A stretch of DNA of 55,241 bases, filler included, from Bipalium vagum (lineage: Eukaryota): NCBI GenBank assembly GCA_037834085.1. It is 3 parts of 3 records of this genome, joined end to end, with 100 filler letters (N's around TTAATTAATTAA, not from the genome) between each part and the next. Parts side by side here need not be neighbours in the genome. Positions count along the whole stretch, not along the records: positions 1 to 23,035 come from JBBMKC010213807.1; 2 more parts are not named here. One strand, 5' to 3'. The notes beneath the pieces were generated by a model that worked only from the letters and a program-made list of their open reading frames with translations, ran no database searches and was not told the DNA's origin. Made by a program: the position numbers and the translations under genes. Positions 1 through 12,600 of the stretch are shown one piece after another. How positions within the stretch are numbered: position 1 is the first letter of the stretch; every line of letters starts with the position of its first letter.

Positions 1-231
1 AGAAACATCATGACCATTATTAACATCATGGGCATCCACGAATCGTTCGTTGATCTAGATCCTTGTCCTGGTTGATTCCTTCTTCGTGGTTCTTCCTGAT
101 GCTTCTCTTGTCTTGCCTGCTGCTTAAAGTCTGGTTGTTTTGTGGTATTTCTTATGATTGTTCAGCTGTGCTTGATCCTGCTGCTGATTCGGCTGCTTTC
201 TTCGTTCCAAGCAAACTATACCACCCTTGAT

Positions 232-1290
232 TTAACTGCATCCATGGTCCGAAAAATTCGGTAATTGTTTGATTTTCTTGTACCTCGAATCAAAATTTCT
301 GTATTCTGCCGTCCAAACTCGATTTAATTTATCTGCTCTTATCAATATTAGCGCTATGCCCACCATGGCTTTTTCTTTATCCATCCTTCCCTCACATAGT
401 TGTGCCGGCCATAATTCATCACTTGTACTATCTGGCTCATCCACAAAACTTTCTACGTTTTCCAAAATTTTTGTCATTTCTGCGTATATTTCCAACGTCA
501 ACTCATCCGGTTCTCCTGTTGCCTCCATACCTGGATCCATTAACTCCAACAGAAGCAATAATATATCTTGATCTTCGCGGGTTGCTTCATCGTACTCTTT
601 TTCTTCATGCTGTTTCCTGTATCTATCAGCCAATCTTGTTAGATACTCTCTTCGTGGGATTTTTCTGGTTTCTCGACTGATTCCTTGCGTTTGGATCCTT
701 CCTTCGTCTTCCCACAGGATTATTTCCTGGTCTTGCTTGACTTGGTCTGAATTGTTAGGGTTCTATAATTTCTATTGACAATTCGCCAGTATGAACCTCT
801 TCTCTTGGTTGTTCTGATGGAGGAACTCCTCTAGCTCCTCTAATATCCTCATCAGATATTTCGTCCAAAATTATTGAATCTTGATCTTCCACTTCGGCCC
901 TTACTAATTACGTTATGTTCTGCGTTGTTTGAAATAATTCTCTATTCATTGACCCTGATTTCATTGCCTTGCGACCTCATCATGGATACTTTTTCATATC
1001 CAGTTACTCTGGCCAATTGCCTTCTGAGTTCATCATTTTCTATTCTCAACCTTTCCGTTTCATCTTCATCCTTCACATCTCGTACAGCATTTACTTTTGC
1101 ATTTCCAAATGCCAATCTTTTAATAACCTTCGGTGATGTCTTTTCACTAAGACAAGACCTTGCCATGTGACCGTATTGCTTGCATTTAAAACATTGAACT
1201 TTCCCATCAATGTTTACATTATCCCTTTGAGGTGGATTTTTCATCCAACATGTATCCTCCAAATGCCTTATTTTGTTACTATGTCTGCAA
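232..1290 (-). mobile_element. Degenerate LTR-retrotransposon gag-like region with two zinc knuckles and downstream acidic ORF
   Basis: Minus ORF 942-1262 has an intact CX2CX4HX4C knuckle (CFKCKQYGHMARSC). It is preceded in frame by a decayed knuckle (CRHSNKIRHLEDTCW) and followed by a coiled-coil-like stretch. Stop-interrupted coding-like sequence continues toward the window start (ORF 232-633). Confidence 0.65.
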
Positions 1291-1429
1291 ATAGACGCTA
1301 TAAAAGGAGACGGTTATTCCCGTTAATGGCCAGAAAAAGCAGAAAAGAAAAACAAGAAAACGTGGAAGACAACACAGGACGAACTAAACGAAGACGAACC
1401 CAGTAATCATTTTATTTCTCTGTTGATGA

Positions 1430-1937
1430 TGTAACCGGATTTATCCTCAATTATGCAGCCGGATTTTTACAAGGGGACCCCGCGAGCTTGGGAACCCCTA
1501 GGAGACCTGAGAAGGGCCTAGAGGATGACCCGGGAACCCCTTGTCGGTCTTAGTGAGACCGATACTTTTATTTATTTCTCGTTTAAGTTATTATTATTAA
1601 TTTTAGCTTTGATCGTTTTTTTAGTACTAACGTTAAACTTGATTTTTATTTTATTGATAACGTTTTGGTTTTGATTTAGAAGTTGTAATTGTTGAAAATA
1701 AAGTTATATTTAAGTATTTTGAATTAGTTTTTAAGGATGCAGATACAGTATTGTGCAAGATGTTTTAAATTCAAAAGGTTGAGAGGAATTACGAACACAA
1801 CGAGTTACAAAAAGTCAGAAGTCACAAGCAGGCGAGCACACGTTGCTACGTTTTAGTATAATAGTAACACACACTTCAAAAAAATATTTTTATCCATTTT
1901 TAAAAAATTCAAATAATAGATTGATGGATGTGTTACA
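1430..1937 (-). mobile_element. Putative LTR (about 508 bp)
   Basis: Bounded by inverted termini TGTAAC (1430) and GTTACA (1937). Has a minus-strand AATAAA near 1570, a GC-rich U5-like part with repeated GGGAACCCC, and hairpin TCGGTCT-N5-AGACCGA (about 1545-1562). Lies 5' of the gag fragment. No clear PBS or TSD. Confidence 0.4.
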
Positions 1938-2023
1938 ATTGAAATTCATAAAAATCTAAAATTAAAAATTGAAAAACTATAAGTAGTGGGGAAGCTGCTA
2001 GTTGTGCGGATACTTCAAATTCC

Positions 2024-2132
2024 ATGTTTGGTATTCGATATTGTGATGTTGCAGTGTTTGGTATTCAACATTCGATATTTATAAAATTGAACAAAATCAC
2101 TACCAAGTGTGGTTTATTCGATATTCAGTATT
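2024..2132. repeat. Short dispersed subrepeats (TGTTTGGTATTC x2, ATTCGATATT x3), probably a TE subterminal region
   Basis: Repeated motifs read directly from the sequence. Confidence 0.35.
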
Positions 2133-2914
2133 GACATTAAAAAATCAAAAGCAAAATTGTGGGCTTAGGTGTTTTGCACAATTAGTCATTTCTCAACTAC
2201 TAATCTTCAAAAAAATAATAAAGATATTTTTCCTCTCTGTCTGCCTTTATCTTGTGAAGAAATATGTAATGGATATGTTCTCTATGATTTTCTTAATTCA
2301 ATTTCATGTTCACTAATGTATTCTATCATATATAAATTTATTCTTAAACCTTTTTCTTTTTCAAACTTTCCAATATTATTTATTTTCATTGGTATATCTT
2401 CTTCATTATAATTACATTTATATTTATATTCTTTATTTTATGTACCTCTATCTTTATGATGTGGAATTCCATGATGTTTGAAAAAACTAATTATACTGCA
2501 TATAAAAATTTTTTTATCTTGGCTCTGAATAATTGAATGAATTAAAAAGGTAGTGGAGTAAATGATCTTTCTTTTAAAACCTTAATTTCATTAACTGAAA
2601 AAGTTAAATATAAAACACTAGCAATTACCCAACAAAATTTTTTTAATCTTTGCCAAGTATTTTTCATTTTTTCCTAAAGATTTCATCACACTTTATGTTT
2701 TTGATTTAGTATTATTTATTGGTATTATTGTTCCTGTTGCACATAGTTTTTAAAGTGAAAAATTCTGAATCAGTTAGATGAAGAAATTGAATGTCTAAGT
2801 TTAAAGAGAATTTAAATGGTTTTAAAAATTTTCCATCTTGAAACATAAATTCTTTAATCTTAGGAATAAAAAGATATACATAAGCTTTTATATCATTTCG
2901 GGATTTTCCGACAA

Positions 2915-3150
2915 CTTCCTTGTCCGAGATTTACAGACGAGAAGCACGCCGAATTGACCAAACAATCCTATATTAACTGCATATCTACCATTGAGGAAAG
3001 CTTTTCCATAATAGCATGAATACTTCTAAAATCCACAAGTATTTGAATCAACCCGTCTTTTTATTCCTATCACCACCAGTGGAGATTTCCACGAACTCTA
3101 CCAACAAGATGTACTTCATTGATAATTTGCTTGTGTGCCTGTATCCTGCT
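2915..3150 (-). mobile_element. Ty3/Gypsy reverse transcriptase remnant
   Basis: Minus translation with one frameshift gives SSWKSPLVVI / KDGLIQILVDFRSIHAIMEK...DMQLI*DCLVNSACFSSVNLGQG. This matches the Gypsy RT pattern SPxxxVxKKDGxxRxxVDFRxLN...FSxIDL. Confidence 0.75.
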
Positions 3151-3615
3151 GAAACCAACTATGCGATAGTTCAAAATCAGTTAATTGTTCCAAAAATTCA
3201 TTACGTGATTTGTTAATCTTACAAATTTATCATAAATTTTCAATAATTCATAGGATTGCTAAATGCACATTGTTTTTGTGGAGTTAGGATTGAAAAAGAA
3301 TACACTGTACTATATTAAAATTCAATTTTAGGTTCAATAAAATATAGAGAATGTCATTTTAAAAATGTTTAATTTTCATTTATTAAATCATTTAAAATTT
3401 AAAGTACTGAATTTTTAATGTATATTTCAAAATTAAATTATCAAATTTAGTTTTATAAGTTTGTTTATTTGAAGCAAGTTAAATCAACACTTAAAAGCCA
3501 AACCATATAGGTATATTTTTTTAATTGATGAAATATAAAAATGTCTTTATTTAAGAATAAAAATAATATTTGATTCGTTTAATCTATCATATGATATTTT
3601 GAAAATTAGACCAAT

Positions 3616-6600
3616 ATGGAGGAATATATAGTTAGTATTTCGTTTCATGAAATTGATTAATGTTTTTTTTCAGGTAGAAGATGGTGACACACTTCAGAGA
3701 ATTGCTGTTAAATTTAATTGTACTCCGAGTTATTTAGCTTCTATTAATAAATTATCACATTTTCAGTCTGTTTTATTTCCTGGTCAAAAATTGAAATTAC
3801 CCAAAGTAAATTGTTAAAACATTAATTTAATTATCACTGTATTGAAGGCAGACGGACTAAACATAAACGAATCCCCTTCTAAAAATCGAGTATCTTTAAG
3901 AATTTCTCATAAATCTCATCCTGGAATTGCAACAAGAATGTCTGCTCCGTTACCTATAACTCGAAGCTACAGTTCTGACTCCGAACTTGCGAATATATCT
4001 GAAAGACAATTTGTAAAATTTAAAGCAATTAGAGTTGTTCATTCATCCAAGGTAAGTCAGTTGTTGTCATCATCTCTAAACAAGTCTTATAAATTGAATT
4101 CTTTTATCAATTTGAAGACATACTGACGCACGAGTCGACACTAAGGATATTGATTAATAATAGTTCTAAATATTTTTATAAAAATATAATATTAACTATT
4201 TTATATCAATATAAAGTCATTCAAATTTATTTTTATTAAATTATCAGAGTTGGATTCAGTCATTTGGAGAGATCAAAACTGTTCGTTAAAAAACATGAAT
4301 AATAATAATTACATTTAATTAATTTCAAATATTTTTTATTGATTTTTTAAATGACACTGGTGGCAAATGCAGTTAAACTATTCATTTGTCCATTTATCAT
4401 AATCCTTATCTCTATTGCCGGCCTTAAGTATCTTACTCACATATTTCGAAAGAGAAATAACAATTTTCTTTATCAATTTATTTTATTTATCTATGAATCC
4501 ATTTGTAGACTTTGATTCGCCAAATAACAAAATAATTTTTCATTCTTTGTTCAGCCAATGATCACACTCAAGACATTATTTTACAAATATAGTTTTTATT
4601 AATATCACTACTACTAACAATTACTAAAAATATATTAATTATTATTTTATGGAAATATTTCAATTAATAATTTTATTATAACGAAAATTATTATTATTAT
4701 GGAAATCAATTAAACATTATTTTATTGATTACTAAACAATTATGTATATCTGAAAATAATGTTGAATATCTCATCTTGAATAAGTTACAAATTCGGAAAT
4801 AAATCGATAGAAGATGAAATATAAAATTGTCACATTTACTTTCGATACAGTTACGAATAGTGATGGAAATTCAAAGTATTAAGCAAAATTGTGCGTTTAA
4901 TGAAAAATTATAAATGTGCTCTGCTTTGAAAATGTCAATATTTATAATTTAAGTCCATGATTATGGAATTTTACAATTTTTCCAAAATTGAGAGTAAGAT
5001 GATAATTTTCCTTGATAAGGGGAATTTAGAATTAGAGTCAAATAGATCAACTAAAAATTTAGTTAAAGTTTTTCAAAACTGAGAGAATTCATCGAAAATT
5101 GTTTTTTACTTATTATTTATTATCTGAATGGTACTGTTTCATTGGTAATTTCTCATGAGGATTGGGAATATTTATATATTTATTCGAACTCGATAAACAG
5201 AGCTAAAACTAAACCTTTCCAGACTTCTTGCTCTGGCACGCTGCTTATTACTCCTAAATTTTTGGTTTTTGACCCAGAACGTTTAACTCTGGAGTCTGAT
5301 AACGAAGAAGTCATTGTGAATGCTGAGCCAATCAGCAATGTCGGTGTGTACATAAATCTGGAATCAGTGTACTCATTGAACACGTTGTCCAAATTGTCGG
5401 AAATCATTGATCAGCAGTATGAATTTTAATTTGATATCCATTGTGATTTAACATTTCCTCTCCTTGATATCTTTTTGATTTTCTTCAATATTTTAAACAG
5501 AAAAGATTTTAGTAATTTTTTTAATGATTTTGTCAATTAATAATTTAATATTTAAAATAATAATTGAATTGATTATGTTAGTTAATCATTAAATTCTAAA
5601 ATTCGATAAAATTAAATAAATCAATTCATTTTATTTCCATTCAATAAGGGTTTTGTTAAAAATATCAATCTCATTAATTTATTTAAATTGATCAATAATC
5701 AAATATACACTAAATAGTTTCATAATATCACTGAATAACAATAATTGAATTAGAGAAGCTGTTGAAGAAGAATACCAATTTTTGCATGTTTATTCAACAT
5801 TCAATACACATGGCTCATGTAATCAACGTTTTCTATGATATAAACATAACTAATCAATGAGAAATACTTTAGACATCAATTAATTTTGTATTTTTATGGA
5901 TTAAATTTCAGTATATCTATGAAAATGTAAGGAAAGAGACATTTCAACAAATAAAGCTTTTTTTCTTTGTATTATAATTCCGATTTATTTCAGTAATGCC
6001 AAATCTCGTTACTATGTCACCTCGATATTATACCCCTTTTACTAGGTTCAAACAAAATTAAATACAAAATAAATTTACTATACCACTCCCTACTCGCTAA
6101 TATTCCACTATTGAATGACTGTTAAAAGGCACGAGTCGTTCGAAGTCTGTATATTTGCGTGTCAAGGGCAAACACGCGATTACTCACACAGTTCTCCATA
6201 GACGGCGTCTTCAATTTTGACGAGACTGGACTCTTCTGGCAACTAATTCAGAATAATACTGTGACTTTCATGAGGAAAGAAAAATGAGTAGAGGATCACT
6301 CATTTGATAGGGGCAAACATGAGTGGCAACAAGAAGTTTCTTACTTTTTACAAACCCTCGTTACTATGCCACTTGCTCGGTCACGACAGGTGGCACAGTG
6401 ACGAGATTTGACTGCAAATATTCTTATTAAATCACAAAAATGACAATAAAACAGATAATTTATTTGCTTTAATGTGTGCAGAGTTCGAAAAAATTTTATT
6501 TTCCTATGCAAAAGTGGTTTCAATGACGATTTTTAATTTTCTCAAATGCAGCAAATTCTGTTATATTAGATTTAGTAGTTTTTTTTATAAAATCCCTTTC

Positions 6601-9600
6601 TATTTACTAAACCTTGTAATAAATATTAATAGTCTTTTATCATACGGTGTATGACAGTAAATCTTCAATTGCATTTCTCATTTCATTTTCAAAAAGTAAG
6701 AAAAAATGTCAACTTTCACCTCTTCGATATTTAAGTATCAATTTGAATGTGCAGTGTTATACGGTAAAATATCGGAAAGTATCAATATTTTGCAGTCTGG
6801 TGATGTTACTGGATTTGATCTTACGATAAAACCCTTTATTGTCTGTAATTTGAAATCTGAGATAAAAAATCTTTTAATTTAAAATAAGAATTATCACATT
6901 TGCTTATTAAAAATAATAAATAACAGAAAAGATTTCTTTTAAAAGAACAGAATCTTGATCGTTGTAATCTGAAAAATCTCATTCTTTTTCTTCTAAAAAA
7001 TAAAAAAAACAGTATTGTATAATTTTGTTTTCTGACTTAATTTAACTTTTTTTATGCAATGTGATTTTTTCCAATGACAATTTTGAGTTATTATTATTAT
7101 AATGCTTAAAAATTTTTTTTTAATGTTTCAAAAATTAATTTTATTAGGGAAGTGCTGGATATGGGAGAGTCTTCAAATAATTTAATAGGTGAGATGTTTT
7201 TTTCTTTTTTGTAAATAATGAAAAATTAAAATAAAACATGACAAAAACATCAGATAAACTATTCAACTGTATTTATGAGATTTTTTCAATGCATGTTTCT
7301 TAGAATTGCATTTCTGCTTTTAAAAAGTTTTCAACCATTTTCTCCTTTACTATGTTGTTCTTTTAGTTACATATTTATCTTATTCCTCAAACAAGGAATA
7401 ATCCTATCAATTTCAAAAATTATACAGATTAATTCTTACAAGGTCCCATTTATTGTTGTAAATTTGTTTATGTAAACCCGATTCAATAATAAACTATATT
7501 TAAATTTTTTACCAATTCGAATTTTAATTTAAATCAATACTTTGATAAAATTTTATTATCACATACGGGAAAAAAATAATAAGAGAAAAGAAAATTTGGA
7601 GTTAATATGGACTGTTGAAATTACACTAAAAATGGAAAATCCAACTAGTGGTCTCTCAATTTCCTAAATTTTTAAAGTCAAAATTGCGTTATGAATGGAT
7701 TATTAAAAAGAGTAAAACTACAAATATTGATCATCATAATATTATCAAATATGCCACAGATTTTTGTACAGGATCAGCAAATGAAATAAAAGGATTATCA
7801 GTTACAAAGAATTATTTGTATTATTATTTTTAATTAAAAACCGTGTATATCGATTACTTAATCATGAAAAGCGAATCAATTATTGAAAAGATCATTCATC
7901 TAGGAACGTAGAAAACTACTGAAAAACTATCTTCATATTTGCTACGATGCAATTTCGGTAAATAAATTTAGATAGTTGTATATCGAAGAACGTTAATTTA
8001 AGCCATGTGTTATAAAAAACATTGAAATATAAAAATAAATTATAGTATGAGAATGTTTCCTTCCCACAGTGTTCGAAATTCAATATATGGTTGAATGAAT
8101 AATGAAAACAGAACAATATCACCAAATATATGTTCACGATACTGATTTCCTCTTTGACATAATAATGATCGAAAATATTGAGTCAATAGATCTTGTTCCA
8201 AGCAGGCAACGACAATCAAAATTTATAATTGTCAATGAACGATTACCAACAATAAATATTAATATCGATTTGCACTTAAACGGACTTTTGAGATATTTTT
8301 GAAAGGGATAAGATTATTCAATATTTTAAATTTTCAAAATGTTTTCTTATTTTGACATGTGTATTGATGCTACTAAGCAGATATTTCACACATTAGTTTA
8401 AAATAAATAATTTAAGTCGAAAACAATTTTTAATACTTTCGATTATTAAGCAGTTATGCTTTAATAACTCTAGGGTAAATTTTATTAATTATTCATGTTT
8501 CATTGATTCTTTTATGGACATTTGATATTATTTATTAATAAATTATAAAAATATGATTTTATTATAATTATCAATTATTATAATATTTTATATCGATTTA
8601 CGATTTTTTCATAGGTTGAGTAAAATTTCTACAAAGTTATGTTCTCAAAATTATCTTTAACAACATCTTTGTTAGAAAGAATTTTAGTTCAGAGAGAATG
8701 TTTTCAATGCTTTTTATATTGCGAAATTCTTAAGAAAAAAATGATAATATTTTTAGATAAAAGCAAATTTGGAATTATTCCAAATAATCAAAAATTCATC
8801 ATTTTTCAATTTATAATTTTATTGGTTAAATTAAAAATTAATGAAACAATTAAGTTTCGATTTTTTGTCATGGGTTTTTTTATCGATTTATGAACTTCAC
8901 CAGAACAATAAATAAAGATAAAAATTAAACATTATGATTTTAAGTAAAATCTGAAACAATTAAAATTCCGCTGTAGCTAAAATTTTCATTTAACAATAAT
9001 TCAGTGCAAATCGCAATTTCCGGCTAGGGTATTTATAGTTTTTATTTTATTCTAATTCTTTTGATCATAATAATTATTATAATAAATATTTATTATAATA
9101 AAATTCAAATGTTTGTGTAATTGTTTTATGTTTGCTAAAGACCACCCATAATATCATAAGTTTTCTGTCAATAAGGCCTTTTTTCGTACCGGTTTATCCC
9201 TTTCTTAACATTTTATTTTATCCGTTCTCAATATTATCCTATTTTTTCAAATGTGTTATTTAAGTTTTTATGATTTTTTATAGTTAAGATACTGGGGTTT
9301 CTAAAGTTTTTATGTTCAAGTTTATATTTAGTAAATAAATAATTTATCTAGAAATATAAGTAAATCAAAATGTTTTAAAGTTCATAACATACTGAAGATT
9401 TAATTTGAATCTTTAATTTAATAAAATAATTATTTTTTCACGTTTTCAATTGTCAATAAAATAATGGAAAAATTGTTGCTCTCAAAAATTGTTAAACATT
9501 GAATTAATATTAATATTAACCAACAAGATTTACCAAAAATTATCTGTTATTTTTATTAGAAATATTGATCACGATTTGTTTTTCAGAAAAAATAAAATAT

Positions 9601-12600
9601 GACGTATATTTGAATTTTTTGTATTAAGATTGGGAAGATTATTTGTTCTTAATTGTTAAAGCAACCCCTTTGTCAGATGCTTATGATGGTCCACCTATTG
9701 CAACTTTAAAAATTTTTACTCTTCAATCAAGTGGATCAAAAATTTTTGTTTTTGGAATTCCCAAAGAAAGGTGAGAAAATTTCGTTTTAAATTCTTTCTA
9801 TGGAGATCAACTTCTTTTATTAATGTTTTAAAAGAAATTTTTTTAAACAATAAATGATTATTCATGATATGAACAGTTAGAGATTGTTAAATATAATTAT
9901 TGAGCATTCATTCTACGACCATAACGAGACTTCTGCATGCAATCTTCACTCTTTCAATATATTTTTTGGAGTAGAAATTCACAAATAAGTACTCATTAAC
10001 TTAATTTAATTGAGGAAGACAATTTTGTGATTTAATTTCGATCATTTGTTCAAATTAATTTTTCATTGAAATAGTGTTTGAAAATCATTCATTTTTCTAA
10101 AATTTTAAATATAACTTAATGAAAATGTCATAAGGCAACTTTGTTCATTGACGAAAGCATTGCTCTTGATGTGCATAATTATTTATCTTTTAATACTCAA
10201 TTTTTTCTATAATTAATTAATATTTATAATAACATTATTATTATTCAGTTTTAAAGAATTTCTACTTTGTACAAGTTTTTTTCAAGTTTTTAATTCACTT
10301 TTATAAATACTGAGACTAAAATAGATTGTGTATATATATTTAATGTTCCATCTAATCAGAATTGATTATTGAAGTCCTGAAGTAAATATATATAAAAATA
10401 GAAAATCCAATATAAAATAATATGAAGTTCTTATATTTATGAAATTAGAAATAGTCAGACAATAATTGTCAAATGTCAGTATTTTTGTGGAGGGTTTGCA
10501 ATTATCTAATAAATTATCTGAGATTTAGTCTCATAAGCTTAGATTAGGAATTGGTGACGAGTTACTCTCATTGTGATTATATGGTAATGAAAAAAGGTAT
10601 GTTAGATCATTCTAAGATTTTTAGATAGTAGCATATACAACAGTGATAATATAGTTTATTAATTATATTTTTAATAATAATAATTTAAAAAGTTAAACTG
10701 AAAACTAAAATATTCTAATGAGGAAGGTTAATTAATCAAGGTCTTTTATTTTGTTAAATAATCAATATTGTTAAGTAATTACTTCTATCGAAGTCTTGAA
10801 GTTCAAACAAACATTACTTTATTATAATCATTGTTTTTGTGGTAAAATGATTAAATAAATTATTCAAGTTTTTGCAAGTTTATCATTTCACTGACAATTT
10901 CCGAAATATGTTTTTGACTCGTGAATTGCATGTAGTGCTTGAGTGATTTTTACTATTATTGTTAAAAAAATATACGCCCCCAGATTTTGAAATAACAGAG
11001 TATTTTATAATACCACTTTATGTTGAGATCAACAAATTTAATCTTATCCAGAACAGATAAAAGTCAACATTCAACTCTGTATTAATACAATGTTTTTTGG
11101 GATTTTAATTGTAGGTAGGAGACAACAGACTAGATAATAAATATTCTTGTAGTTTGAAGAGTTACCATTGGGAAATTCCATTAACTTCACTGGGTGAAAT
11201 TTCATGATAAAATTAAAATGGCATAATAATTCATTCAGTGAAAATAAGGAAAAAAATAATATTGTGGAGGTAGATAACAGGTATGGTGATAAAAGCTCTT
11301 CCATATATAATTTATTCAGAAAATATTTTATATCATATCGATTATTATTCAACTTAGAATGAATCTCTTTCTCTTTGGCGACAATCACCAGTTTTGACAT
11401 CTTTCGTCATTTAAAATAATCAAAACGAAAATTCTATATTAAAAACTGTAGCTTTCAATAAAAATTCTCTTCACATTTCTCCCTCATGTTTTATATTAAA
11501 TAACAATTTTTTTCTTTAAACTTAAATTAAAGTTTTTTCCTCTAATGAATTTTTAATTACTAGTTTGAGTATTCACAAAATTTTTAATTCAAAATATTTT
11601 GGTCAATCCCAATTTATGAATTGAATAAAAATATTGTCTCCAATATCTTTTTATAATTTTTCCATTTTGCCGAAACTGTGTATCTATCTCTATCATTATA
11701 AAAATAGTATTTGTTTTCCACAAGTATCAAATTTTTATTTTTTAATATTCTATTTTTCTCTTTACAATACCAGACCAGTATTGTTGTTATTTATGTCTAT
11801 GGATATGTATTTCTACATAATTTATTCAGGTAAATATAATACAGTCAATGAAAGGTGACAAAACTAAAACCCCAATCCAAAATTTAAACAAAATAATCAC
11901 CACGTATTAAAATTAAAACACATTACTCAATGACAATTTAATATTTCTAAGTGATTTTCAATCGATTTTTAATCTTATAGTCTGGTGTATGAATCGATTT
12001 TAATAGTTTTTATTTCATATATATATAATTTGTCTGTTTTTAATGCTTTTTTTAAATCAGATTTTTAAACTTATTGTTTTAAGATGGAATCTTTAGTCTT
12101 TTCATTTTTAAAATTATTCTTTGTCATTAAATAAACCACGTGAGTCTTGAGATTAATTTTTCTTTACTTGTAATCTTAGCCGTTGCCGCTGAAAAAAATT
12201 AAAAATTGATTATTTTTTAATTAAATTTACCATTATTGATTTTCCGAATACATTTTTCACCTGAGATCGGAGTCCATGTATAATTGGTAGACTTTTTGAA
12301 ATATTTTGAATGCTTGTTACCTTTATAATTTGAGAATTTTTTAAACATATTTTACCATAATACAAATCTGGATATATTTAAATTCAGATAGATATGGACT
12401 AATAAGTAGTGGAATATTGATATCAGATCAGAATTTGTTATTAATAATGATCCTCATTATTCATCGACACATCTCTTGTAGTTAATTAAATAAATAAAAT
12501 TAGTCAATAAATTGTAATTAGTTAATTTCTTTTATTTATTATCAATAATACTAAATATTTATAATATGTTATGTATTTTAATGACTTTCAAAAAATGTCT

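Noticed and set aside
3674-3805. LysM domain as bacterial contamination or recent horizontal transfer
   Set aside because: It is a spliced exon of the standard animal LysM-TLDc (OXR1/NCOA7) architecture
12385-12480. Possible extra OXR1 exon
   Set aside because: Exons 9629-9770 and 13033-13261 already join across a conserved motif (GIPKER-IEEAY); no homology in this segment
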